From Marsupella aquatica (lineage: Eukaryota > Plantae > Marchantiophyta), in the NCBI GenBank assembly GCA_973895155.1, contig OZ316891.1, positions 10,603,875 through 10,667,874 on the forward strand: DNA of 64,000 nt, read 5' to 3'. The translations under genes and the position numbers were made by a program. The stretch's first letter is position 1. Each line of letters starts with the position of its first letter. The notes beneath the pieces are model-generated. The model made no database searches and was not told the origin of the DNA. It saw only the letters and a program-made list of their open reading frames with translations. Of the stretch, positions 12,001-23,441 are shown in pieces.

Positions 12001-14832
12001 AAAATGTGAAGCATCAGGATTCTGCTATGTGAACGACTTGGTTCTCGGAATCTTGGAGTTGCTGAAATACCATCCCAGAGTATTATACATTGACATTGAT
12101 GTTCATCATGGTGATGGTGTGGAAGAGGCTTTCTACCTCACTGACAGGTGAATGTTATGGATTAGTGATCCAACCTTCTTTGAAATGCCACACTCTTATG
12201 GGAAAGTATAGATGCCACGTTCTGCTTATCTACTGACATATTTTGGAGGGCAGATCGCTGTTCATGGTTCTTTTAAAGTTTTGTTTGTACTTTGCTTTTG
12301 ACCCGTTTCTTGTAGAAGAATCGGGCAGCTTGTGTCACCTGAATTTGTCGTGAGAAATAGAACTCGATTGGACCAGTCAGTTAGGGTATGCTTAAACGTC
12401 AGTTGAGAATGTGTTGTGTGCGTAACGAAAAACAATTGCTATTGCAAGCAGGGTAATGACCGTGAGTTTTCACAAATTTGGTGACTTGTTCTTCCCGGGA
12501 ACTGGAGACGTTAAGGTACTGCTGCATGGCGTACTACAAACGAATGGCACGAGTAATTTACCACCTAGTCTTGTCAAAAGATGCCCAAATGAAAAGCAAC
12601 GCAGTAATGATAAGCACAGACAGGATGACACCTTCATTGGAAGTAGCCTCATTTCACTCTACATATTTCATCCTTAGTAGGGTGCATGTACATACCCTAT
12701 CTGCAAAATTTCAACCAGATGGTGAGGATGTGATGGAGGACTTTGCTAGGGGATGTGATGAAGGGTGTCATACAATTTTTGGTATATGAGTTTCTCACTA
12801 CGTTGGAACCGTTTTTGGAATAAAGGACGTAGGGGAGAAAGATGGGAAGTACTACTCCATAAATGTGCCACTGAAGGATGGAATTGATGACACTAGTTTT
12901 ACAAGACTATTCAAGACGGTCCGTGTCCACAAATGCCATCACCTTTTTTTTCGTCAACTGTTTAAAGAGAATATTTCCTAGCTTAAGCTCAGGAGACGGC
13001 AGCCGGGCTGACAAGTGACAGTGTATCTATCTTTGTGTGAGTGCAGATCATATCGAAGGTTGTTGAATTCTATCAACCTGGTGCTGTTGTTCTCCAGTGT
13101 GGAGCTGACTCACTTGCCGGAGACCGGCTTGGATGCTTCAACCTCTCAATTGATGGTGCTCGTTTTATCCTCTGTATCATGTAATCGATATCTATCTTGG
13201 AAGACTTCACTAGTTTGTAGAGAAACCTAGGGCTGAATGGAGCCATTCTTTTACTGTCACTTAGACACATGATTCACTGACATACCCTGTACAATGATTC
13301 ATTGGATGAACAGGCCATTCAGAGTGTGTCAGGTTTGTGAAGAAGCTTGGCCTGCCATTGCTGGTAGGTGGTCCGACTGACACTTAATGCCAGATGTATA
13401 AGATAATACACAGCTGTATCTTTAGGTTTATAATGGGCAGATCATTGAGATACTGTACCCTAGGCACACTTTTAGTCCCGGTGGGGGATCATGGGTTCTG
13501 AAAAGTCACTGAACTAGGATAAGTCTGAGCAGAACGTGAGACTCAGTGTTGCATTTCTCCTATTATATGGACTTGGTCACCAATACAGCTACCTGCATTA
13601 ACTGACGCCATTTGCAGGTCACTGGAGGAGGTGGATACACGAAGGAGAATGTGGCTAGATGCTGGACAGTAGAAACAGGGGTCCTTGTCGACACTGAACT
13701 TCCCAATGGTGCGTTAAGTTGTTGTTGGCTTCTGTGCGTTATACTTGTCTTATTGCACTTATTTTATGCAATGCCCTTAAGGTTGAAGGCTCTGCAAGTG
13801 GGAAGGGAAGGAGTGGCTGTTTCCTGTGAATCTAAGCTGTTTTTTTTGCCTTCGTTTTTTCCTTACGAGTGAAATTCGGGAGTCATGGAAAGTTTAAATA
13901 AAATAAAATAATTAATTTCTTTGAGGGAGGGGGGAGGGGGTGGCCTGGCTTCATGATTTCATCTTCAATCGTGTAATTGAAAATCGTTCGTTGCGTTTGG
14001 AACCTTGTGCCCGCAGAGATACCTGACAATGACTATTTGAAGTACTTCAAGCCTGACTTTACTTTAAAAGTCAACTCTGGCAACCAGGTGGTATGTATCT
14101 ATTCTCTTCTACACAAGCCGTGCTGGTAGCTGCATCTGACAGAAATCGGAACTTTCATCCAGGAGGTCTTAAATTTCATTAGATTCTGAGTACCCTCTTT
14201 TCATTTTATGTGCCGTCACTTTGTATGCTACTTTTCTATGCAAAATCTAATATAGGTTCTATTCGCAGGAAAACCTGAATGGAAAGACATATCTAAGCAC
14301 AATCAAAATGCAAGTGTTGGAAAACCTTCGCAGCATCCAACATGCACCTGGCGTGCAGATGCATGAGGTGCATTGCTCGCCCTGTCAAACTTTTCATTGT
14401 GCAATAATTCTGGAATGCTGCTTTTTCAAATGCATTTATCAAAACTAACTTGTTTTATTACGGCATGTCTCAGGTCCCACCTGACTCGTATTTTCCAGAA
14501 TTTGATGAAGATGACATAAACCCAGATGAGCGCATGGACCGTAAGTAAAATCTTAAAGTCTCTGGTGTAAATTACTTCAGTGGGCGCCTCCTAATAGATA
14601 TGCGCTACGAAGTGACCAACCTAGGCAGACATTCCGGCTGTGTTTGCAGTAGTCACGATAGTGAAGCGCTGTTGCAATTTTGTCTAGCCTCATAGGAAAA
14701 CTTACTTCATTTCTGATTTGACTTTTCTATGTGTTGGCAGAGCACACACAGGATAAGCACATACAAAATGATGGAGAGTACTATGATGGTGAAAATGATC
14801 AAGATCATGACGGCGGAGAGGAACCTAGCTAA
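9006..14832 (+). CDS. HDA9: Class I (RPD3/HDAC3-type) histone deacetylase, HDA9 orthologue, multi-exon
   Basis: Spliced translation [35 protein letters not shown]...[21 protein letters not shown]...[15 protein letters not shown]...[14 protein letters not shown]...[13 protein letters not shown]...[10 protein letters not shown] closely matches the Arabidopsis HDA9 sequence as I recall it. Splice sites are GT-AG and keep frame. Confidence 0.95.
10530..10654 (+). other. Candidate poison (PTC-containing) cassette exon in HDA9 intron 3
   Basis: Acceptor tattttcttctccgtag| and donor cag|gtaagt. In frame with exon 3 (phase 1) it reads [13 protein letters not shown]. Confidence 0.5.
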
Positions 14833-16228
14833 AGGAGTAAAGCACCGCGTATACATCCAACTCTTGATCACTTTACCGCCGCAGGCAGCTGCTGAACGAC
14901 ACACGATCATGCTCATTCTGAGGATGGGCAGTTTTGAGTGCGATGACTATGTAAAGCAGCGTCAAAACCTAGCAGAAGCTGTAGAAAAGTTTTTGAATCA
15001 TGAAACGTAGGTAGTAGTCAACACGATTCTTCCTCATACTCAAGAGGTACTATGTATATTTTCTCATGCTGTATAGTTGGACCCATCCCAAGTCCATTGA
15101 CGAGTTACGCTCCGTTTGCGTCTTTTAGTTTTTATTGCCTTTGAAGATGGATAGTCTAGACCCGCAATTATTACATTTCTCAGAGAGCGCGGATTGGAAG
15201 GTGCAAACATTTCAATGTTAGATGGGAGAAATCGTTCCAGAGAGCAAGCTTTACCGTCTACCTGGTGCAGAGTTGTATGATCTCTATCTGCAATGAAAGG
15301 GATCACAGATTGATTAAATTGCAAATTTCTTCAACTTAGTAAACATGCCAATCTTATTTCATGTGAGCGATCAAGTCGGGCAAGAACTACGTCTACGTCA
15401 GCTATGATTGTGTTTGGTATTCACGACAGGAGGCGTGTCAAGTCCTCCCAGTTTTCTATTGCAGAACTTTTGGGCTTGTCCGTGTTTTGCGGGTGTGCTA
15501 CAGTGTGCTATCTGATGGAGGTAGGGAATATGAACCCGTGTACGCTACAAATGACGAAACGTGAAAATAAACGAATGCTACTGTAAGACGGAAGTAGAAA
15601 TGACATGATACAATTCTCCGGCCGAGAGATCTAGAAAATGGAGACGTGCCAAAATATGGAAAGCTCGTGATGAAGCTCCGGTCGCTCAACATACCACACC
15701 AGCCTACATTAATTAGCAACAGAAGTCGGCAACGACATCTAAGTTTTGCTTTGCCTTGTTTCGGTTTCTCAATCAGGACGATCAGTTTTAGCTTCAAAAA
15801 AAATTGCTAGACATCAATGGCGAGTATGCAAGTGGCAAGGTTTGATTAGATGCTGTAGCTTAGGCGCTGAGGTCGTCATTCCATGCAAATGTTGTACGAT
15901 AATTCAAGTTGTATTCTCGCAAAGAACCTTCAAGTTGTGAGAGCTTTCTCCGGCCATGGTCCTTATGTTCACAGAGCTGAATTCCTGGCCACGACTAAGT
16001 GGAAAATTCCGTGGGGCTATTCAGTGATCGAATTCAGTGAGTAAAGAACGTCTAGATCAAGCCTGGGTTTCAACCTGCATTTTTGTGGACGGAAAGTTAA
16101 AAACGTGAAAAGCTAGGCGTGTTTCCTAAAATATGGCACTTCCGTTAAACCACTTAACGTTCTGTAAGGGCCATTACGGGTTTCCATCCAGGCATAAGGG
16201 GGATTCCCTAACCTGAGTTACGAGACTC

Positions 16229-16546
16229 TGTTGTGTCAGGGCCTTAATTAACTTATCACTATAGCAAGGGTATAGCAAGAGTGGACGGAAAACCTTACAC
16301 AGCGGTAACCTGAACACTAGAAGCGGTAACCTGAACACTAGACAAAGATTACGCACGCACCCAGCCCGAGCCAGGAGCAAAGAGGAGCTCCACGGTAACC
16401 TGAACACTAGACAAAGATTACGCACGCACCCAGCCCGAGCCAGGAGCAAAGAGGAGCTCCGCAGCCCCACAGCCCCGAGAGCACAATCGCCCCCGGCCAA
16501 ATCTAAAGTAACTCTTTTACAGCACAAAACACAATTCTACATGACA
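16229..16546. mobile_element. Putative solo LTR with an internal 59-bp tandem duplication
   Basis: Starts TGTTGTGT and ends ACATGACA, flanked by agactc/ggactc (5/6 match). Internal cggtaacctgaacactagacaaagattacgcacgcacccagcccgagccaggagcaaagaggagctcc x2. Confidence 0.5.
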
Positions 16547-17714
16547 GGACTCCCGTAGTCTAGTGCACTAGCGCAATTTCGAATTGGAGTTTGCAGGGTT
16601 TAGCGTTGTTGGGGTCCTACACTAATTTTGAATCGTACAGAGCTCTTCTCTTGTATACTGTCGCTTTGAAGATCGTCTCCTCTGTATTCCGTCGCTTCGA
16701 AGGACATGGAAATGACAACAATGTGCTTTCGGATCACGTCTCTCTGCCTCCAGAAGATCGAGAGGTTGTGGATGCGAAGAAATTTGACTTCATTTGGTGG
16801 GTCTCGACCCAAAACCGAGCCGGCTTCTGAATTGTCGTCATCGTGGGCAGATTAATGCTGAATTCGGTGCTGGCTGGAGTTTTCAAATATTTATTGCGTG
16901 AGTAATGTATCGCCAGTTTGGCCATTCTTTGGTCAAGGCGATAGTAATCTAGTAACGGACCTGGTTTCGGGAGGAGATTCTTGGTATGGGAGCCAACTAG
17001 ATTTATTTGTGTATCACGCCTTGTTCAGTGCTGCTTCCTCTGCTGTTCTCTTATCTCTCTTCCGTTCTGTTCTGTTCTGTTCTGTTCTGTTCTGGGGCAG
17101 GCGTAGTTGGCCTTTGTGTGCGGCTGTTGTGGGGCTGCTGTTTGCTGGGGCTGGGACTGTCTGAGGCTTTTTTTCGTCGGAGTGTGCAGTGCTTTCGCTG
17201 CTCTGCTTCATTGCTCCCTTGCTTCCTTGCTTGCCATCGCATTTTACTGCTAGGATTGTTGTTGATGCTGGACATGTCTGAGACGATCTGCTGTTTCTTC
17301 TCAATGAAACTCGACTACATCTGCATCAAGAAAGCAGGCGACTCTTTGGGTTATTAGCATAGAATTTTCCACACAGGAATCGTTCGGAAAGCCCTTAAGA
17401 CTCCTCAGAAAAATAGATGATTTCTCACCTGGATGTGTGCATATTCGCGAACGGGTTCGTTTGGATAAGGAGTCGACATTGAATTTCGGCCACATTCAGA
17501 ATATGGACAAGGGGTAACGATTTCACGGGAGGCAATAGATGATGCAACAGAAAGTCTCCCTTCTCAACAGGTGGCTGCAAGGAAAGAATGTATGCAGATG
17601 GAAAGGAGAGAGTACCCTTTGTAGATTCGATGGTATTAGCTGCACATGGACAAACACTGAGGTGTGCTAACTGAGATGACGGAATGGTCGACATGGAGAT
17701 GAGAAGCAGGAACA

Positions 17715-20049
17715 ATGAGATCCTTTAAAGGTTACCAAGCTTCCACTCTGCCTACATGGTTAGGAAACAGGGTAGCCTCCTCCAAGGCTTCCCTAGCGCA
17801 GATAGTGGAAGAGGTTAGGCAAGCTGGGACAGATCCCCACACAACTTCCAGTCTTAAGCCTGTCAAAGATGGCCCAGTTTCTAGAACATCTTCTCTGATA
17901 GCAAGAGATTGCAGGCCCACCAGAGGAGTCACCACCATCAGCGCAGGAGGTAGCGGGAGTGCTCCAAGCAGGCGAAAGGACCCTAACTCCTTATTAGGAG
18001 CTGGCTGGGAGGGAGGGGGTAAGGATGTCGCAGTTGCAGTCTGGTGGGACTTTGAGAATTGCAATGTTCCTGTGGGTATTGAAGTGTACAAGGTTGGAGT
18101 CAATATTGTGTCAGGGTTGCGGATGTGTGGGCTTAAAGGCCCTGTCTCAATATCAGCGTACGGGGACATTCTGCAGCTGTCGAGGAGCACGCAGGAAGCA
18201 CTAGCATCCACTGGGATCCGACTACATCACGTTCCATCAGGTCTACTCTCTCACCATATCAGGAGTCCGCCGGACTATTGATCAGACGTTTAGTTCAGCC
18301 AGCTTAGGTTGTCAGTCTTCTCCTTTACTGGCTTGCTGAGTCTGCTTCATTAATTTGCTCTTTCGGTATCTAGTTCAGGTATTTCCTTTCCCAGTGGTAG
18401 AGAGGCAAACTTTATTCCATTTAGTCCTGCCTAGTGCTGGATGTGCTGTGATTACTTTTTCTTTACTAAGTGACCTCGTCCTATATCTGCTACACGCTGC
18501 TGGGCATCTTAGTAACCCACTTGCTCAAATTTCTGTTGAATCAAATTCGATACTCTTGTGAGCTACTCGACTTTTGCATGTCTTTTCTTCTAAATCGCTG
18601 AGCCATTTCTGTCCATCCTCGGTAGTTCTCCTGATTTGGTCTGTGAAGCTGAGTAAAGTCTAGATTCCGGGTGGATTGAACGTCAGACATTTCTTGCAAA
18701 CTGTTTTAAAGTCATTTTGAGCAAGCTTTCCTTTGGTCTTGAGAAATGAGCTCAACTATGAGACTGCAAGGTGACGTAATTAAAACTTGCAAAGCAGATG
18801 ATCGTCTGATGTGGAATCTGAGATTTGTGTTCCTAATCTAATTTGAATGTCATTTCTTGCAGGAGGAAAAGATTCTAGTGACAGGGCACTTCTAGTCGAT
18901 CTCCTCCTGTGGACTTTAGAGCATCCTCCGCCTGCACATCTATTTCTTATATCTGGGGATCGGGACTTTTCAAATGCGCTTCATAGACTGCGGATGATGA
19001 ACTATAACATCTTGGTAGCCTGTCCTGCTGGAGCAATAGCTTCTCCAGCTTTATTGGGAGCAGCAACTCAAGTTTGGCAGTGGAACTCTCTTGTAAGGGG
19101 TGAAGGTTTACTTTCTGTGAACCCTTCCTCTGACTCCAAGACTTCTGAAGGATCGTCTGGAGCGGGAACTTTGTCGCAGGCCACTCAGAAACCTATCCCC
19201 TCCTCTTCCCATGAGCATCCAATTCCTCCAAATGGTGCAGCTAATCCTGATGGAGCATCCATTTGTCGTCCAATTGCTACTGAAGATATGGGAAAATCTC
19301 CAAATGAAGTGAAATTGTCGCGTCCAAGTGCGGATTCCCCTCGGAGAAAGGTTCCTAAAGAAGTAATGCAGCAGTTTCACAACCTTCTGGTATCTCATCC
19401 GAACGGAATCATGCTCACACATCTGCAGAAATGCATAGCAAATGATACGGTAGCTTTTGAGAAGGATTTCTATGGGCATGGTAAGATAGTGCCGTTCCTA
19501 TTCTCTATTCCGCATGTTGTACGAGTTGAACGAGTGCTTCTGAAGGATAACAAATCCTGCTCGTACCTTTTAAAATCTACAGCTAAATCTGCTCAAACCA
19601 AACAACAAGAAACTAAGACAACTGCCGACACTCCAATTTCGACAAAGGTGACAATGGACCAAGAGGCTCCAAAGACCTCAACGTACGCGATGAAAAATCC
19701 AGAAACACCAGCTGTGGCAGTTTCACGGAGGGCATTGAAGGTAGGTAGTACCTCACCTGAGCAACCAACGGAAACCTCAACTGATGATCGTGAGATTCCA
19801 GCACTACAAGCAGTTGAGGAGGCACAGTCAAAGGGCTCAGAAACCTCAACGAAGGAAGTGATTCAGTTGAATAGGGAAAGCCCTCCTCCACGTCTGCCTT
19901 CAGACACACCTGGTGAAGTGGAAAAATTCGACCAAAGGGAGGTACGTGGAGATGAAAAAGCCCCAACATCAGGACTCTATTCATTCTTACCCTCCCTGAT
20001 GAGCATGCTCAGAGGGCGACAGAAGGACAAGGCCGCCGACCAAAAGTGA
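17715..20049 (+). CDS. NYN-domain endoribonuclease with OST-HTH/LOTUS domain, MNU1/MNU2-like (2 exons: 17715-18241, 18863-20049)
   Basis: VWWDFENC...AYGDILQLSRSTQEAL...GGKDSSDRALLVDL...PPPAHLFLISGDRDF is the NYN domain with MNU-type signatures. LLVSHPNGIMLTHL...FEKDFYGHGKIVPFLFSIPH is OST-HTH. The S/R-rich N-terminus may be a targeting peptide. Confidence 0.88.
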
Positions 20050-20599
20050 GGGTTTTCCCCACACGTCAGCAATTCAATTATTGGCACGAGTGAAGTTGGA
20101 AGCTCAGATTCTGACAAGAATTGAATCTGGGGGGCCATTTGTCAATTCATCTATGTAACCCTCCATGTTCTCCAGTGCTCATAACCAGATTGTTTGAGGA
20201 TATTTTGTCCTTTTACTCTACGCGAGTCAACTCAGTTGTGAATAACTAGTTAATTCATTCATGTCCGATTGGAAAGGCTTGGAAAGAAATTGATTCATTT
20301 GTTGTCAGATTAAGAGTTCTCTTTCTTATGAGGACAGAAACAGAACTCGCCGGTATTTGATAGATGAAAAAGAGTTATAGAAACGACAATCATTCTATTC
20401 AGGAGCTTTACGACCTCAGATGTCAAATTAAACATATTACACGGATACCAAACTTTAATTAAAAATATTTTTTGGGACGCAAGGATCTACTGGCAAACGG
20501 AGTGGAGGGAATCTAGCCGCGTTGAAAGGATATTTTTCTGATTTGACTCCATAGAGGAGACATGCTCATATCGAGAAAAGGCAGGCTGGGAAAAGGGGT

Positions 20600-21212
20600 A
20601 GTAAGAGTGATAATGACAAGAAAGAATTCATGACTCACTGCACATACTGCAGCAGAGACACAATGGGTCACACTGTTGGAACCCTGCAATTTCATCTGAG
20701 AAATAATGCTAGGCAGAACAAGCTTCTTGGTTGGAGTACACACATCCTTCATCTGAGCTTCAATACTGTATAGACTAAGCTGATCAGTTGAAATTGAGAT
20801 TTTTACCCACATGCACGTTGCGTAAATATGGATGACTTGCTCATTTACGAAAGCCAATCGATGAACCAACCCATGTCTTGGGTAGTGATCTTAGGTACTG
20901 TACCATGATCGATCCAAGCATTCACTATTGTGCATGGCTTTGATTCATGGTTCTTCACAGAGATTGTCAAATATCCTATGACTCACTCTCTGCCAGTTGA
21001 GTACACCACTTGGTCTTTTGAAAAAGCTGGTACACCTGAAGTATGTGCAAATCAAGCCTGGAAGGATTAGAGCGAAGCTTGTAGACAGGCCCAGTGTAAG
21101 ATCACCCCTTAAAGATACTTTGATAATAGTACAGGCAGATGTTCGCAACTATAGAGCTATGGCACAACTGGTCCTGAGCAGATCCATATATAGAACTTTG
21201 TTGAGCCCATGA
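20600..21212 (+). pseudogene. Highly degraded Ty1/copia gag-protease relic
   Basis: HCTYCSRDTMGHTVGT resembles the gag zinc knuckle, and LKDTLIIVQADVRNYRAMAQL resembles the copia LKDVLYVP...NLxSVxQL segment. They are in the expected order but broken by stops and frameshifts. Confidence 0.4.
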
Positions 21213-21779
21213 GCTGATCGAAGGATCTTTTGTTCAACTACCCAAGGTGGTGACACATAAACTGTAATTGGGGCCAGGGTGAGGGAAACCCGGAAAAGAG
21301 AAAACCTACTATATTAACAGTTGTCCTCCTATTATCTTAATGCTAAACTCAGGAGACCCATGTGAGCATTTTTTATGAGCTTTCGGCTTGTTGTGGAATT
21401 GAAATTTTGCGTTGGGAAATGTGACATGAAAGGAGTTTTTGGTAAAATGGATTGGCAGAAATACTTGTAGAAACCGACAAGTACTTAAAAGGGCAGGGAC
21501 AGAAAGAGGACAAGAGGAAAGAGTTTTGAGTGACTGTACAGAAGCAAGAAGCTCAGAGGAAAACAAAAGGCAGCATATATGGACCCAATAACCAAGAACC
21601 TGAGGAGCTCCAAGTGCAATCATGATTGCAAAATCTACAAGCCCCCCGCTGCAAAATCCCAAAGATGGTCCCGTGCCAAAGCCCAAGGATCCAAGTTGGT
21701 GGGCATGGGGGAAGCCTTAGCTTGACAATCGGACATTAAAGTCTTCTTAGGCTGGGTCTCCCACGGCAAATGTTGAAAC

Positions 21780-21870
21780 ATGAACCAACCTGCTTAGGTC
21801 AGTTGGCCAGGGGATTAGCCTAGGATCCCCCCTCCACACACAAGGGGCGTGGAGTGTATGTTTGTGTTAC
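21780..21870 (+). mobile_element. Degenerate second copy of the SINE-like element at 47.6 kb
   Basis: aacatgaaccaacctgcttaggtcagttgg...cccctccacac matches aacatgaatagaaccaactggcttaggtcagttgg...cccctccacac at 47558-47647. Confidence 0.5.
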
Positions 21871-22535
21871 CCTACACAGGGCATGCTCAGGATTCAACTG
21901 TCTATCCTATGTTGGATGGTCTCTCCTGGATGGGTCTGTTTTTGGTTTCAAGGCAAACGAAAAAATGGTAGAACCATGCCACTGTGTCCACCTGCATTTT
22001 AAAGGTTTGGTTTGGTTTCCTTGGTGTTCTTCCTCCTCCAGAGTGACATAAAAATACAAGCCCATGATCAAGCTTCTACCTCTGGTTTTTCTGAGACATT
22101 TACTTGATGGACCCCCAAAATGCAGAGTTTCTTGATGGACCCATGAGTAATCCAGACCGTTGATAGATCTCAAATCAATGTGGTCTATTAAGTAATACAT
22201 TTTCAATTTAGAGGTCCATCAAATATATCTCTAGGTTTTTCTTGATTGCAGATCTTGTCCTTCCAAATGGGCCATCTCATAATTGATTGGCATATTCTCT
22301 TTTTTCCAAGAGGTGACAGTGCACCATGAATTGTATTCCATAAATGACTCCATACTCGTATATGTGACGTTCACCTCCTAGAGATGGATTCCCTTGGTGG
22401 CAAGTCTGGTCCCAAAAATGGGCTACCCCATGATGATTGCATACTCCTGTGTGCACTGTGTATCTAATACAATAGCCATGCTTAGTTTACAAATACGGGT
22501 ACAAATACCTATGCTTTTCCCTTATTGCAAGTCTA

Positions 22536-23011
22536 CACTGATTACCGTAATTAATCTCACACACAGTATTTGGGGACATAGGTTTTTGAAAGCTGTCACC
22601 CTAATTAATGTGTGTGAGACTATATAAGAAGTGAGACTAAATACATGTTATTATAAATTAGAGTAAGTGAGATTATTTTTGGTGACACTCAAATAGTGTG
22701 TGATGAACACATATTATGTATATAGCTTATGAAAAGTACAAATATTTCTAGTAGTAAGATATATTTGCATGGCATATAAAATTAAAAATGAATGTCAATT
22801 GAAATTCAGATTTCATTAAAGTATGATGAAATGACAACCAGGTTATAAATACAATAAAAATCAAATTAGAAGGAATGACAATAGACTGAACTCTCTACTT
22901 GTACTAATATTTATATTTTTTCAGATTTGTAGTCACACCTTGATTAGTGTGTGTGATACTATTTATGCAGGGAGACTATATAAGTTATGATACTAATTAC
23001 GGTAAACAGTG
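22536..23011. mobile_element. Tc1/mariner-type MITE, 476 bp, TA target-site duplication
   Basis: TIRs CACTGATTACCGTAATTAATCTCA and (reverse complement) CACTGTTTACCGTAATTAGTATCA, each flanked by TA; AT-rich non-coding interior. Confidence 0.85.
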
Positions 23012-23345
23012 TAGGTCCCAAGTGGACTACCCCATAATGATTGCTTAGTTTATGGGTGATGTAACCTACCAGTGGTACTCCATCCACCTGCCATTTAAAA
23101 CCAAAAAGATACAAACGCTCTCAACATGATTATAAAGCCCTCCCTGGATTTAGTTTGTACTTTGCACTGCAATTATCTGGAGTAATGCCCTGGGCAGGTT
23201 TTCACCGCATATTAAATCTTAATGCGCTCTGTACACTAGAACATAAACCACTACACTATATTTATGATCTGCAAACCAAGTGACTTGAATGACATGTGTA
23301 TTGGTTTATGTTCTGGTTGTATGGCTGACATAATTTAACACACAG

Positions 23346-23441
23346 TCAGGTTTTCAACTACTAAAACATTCCAAAACTAAGGGAAATCCAAGTTGTTTTA
23401 AACTACTAAAACACTCCACAACTAAGGGAAATCTAAGTTGT
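23346..23441. repeat. ~47-bp tandem duplication with a third partial copy at ~23777
   Basis: aactactaaaaca.tcca.aactaagggaaatc.aagttg x2. Confidence 0.75.

Noticed and set aside
12985-13006. aagctcaggag resembles the 5' half of miR390
   Set aside because: Only 11 nt match, there is no hairpin, and it lies in an HDA9 intron; chance match.
17539-17670. The uORF peptide motif CRWKG...GISC resembles an LRR N-terminal cap
   Set aside because: No signal peptide and no LRRs follow; likely coincidental.
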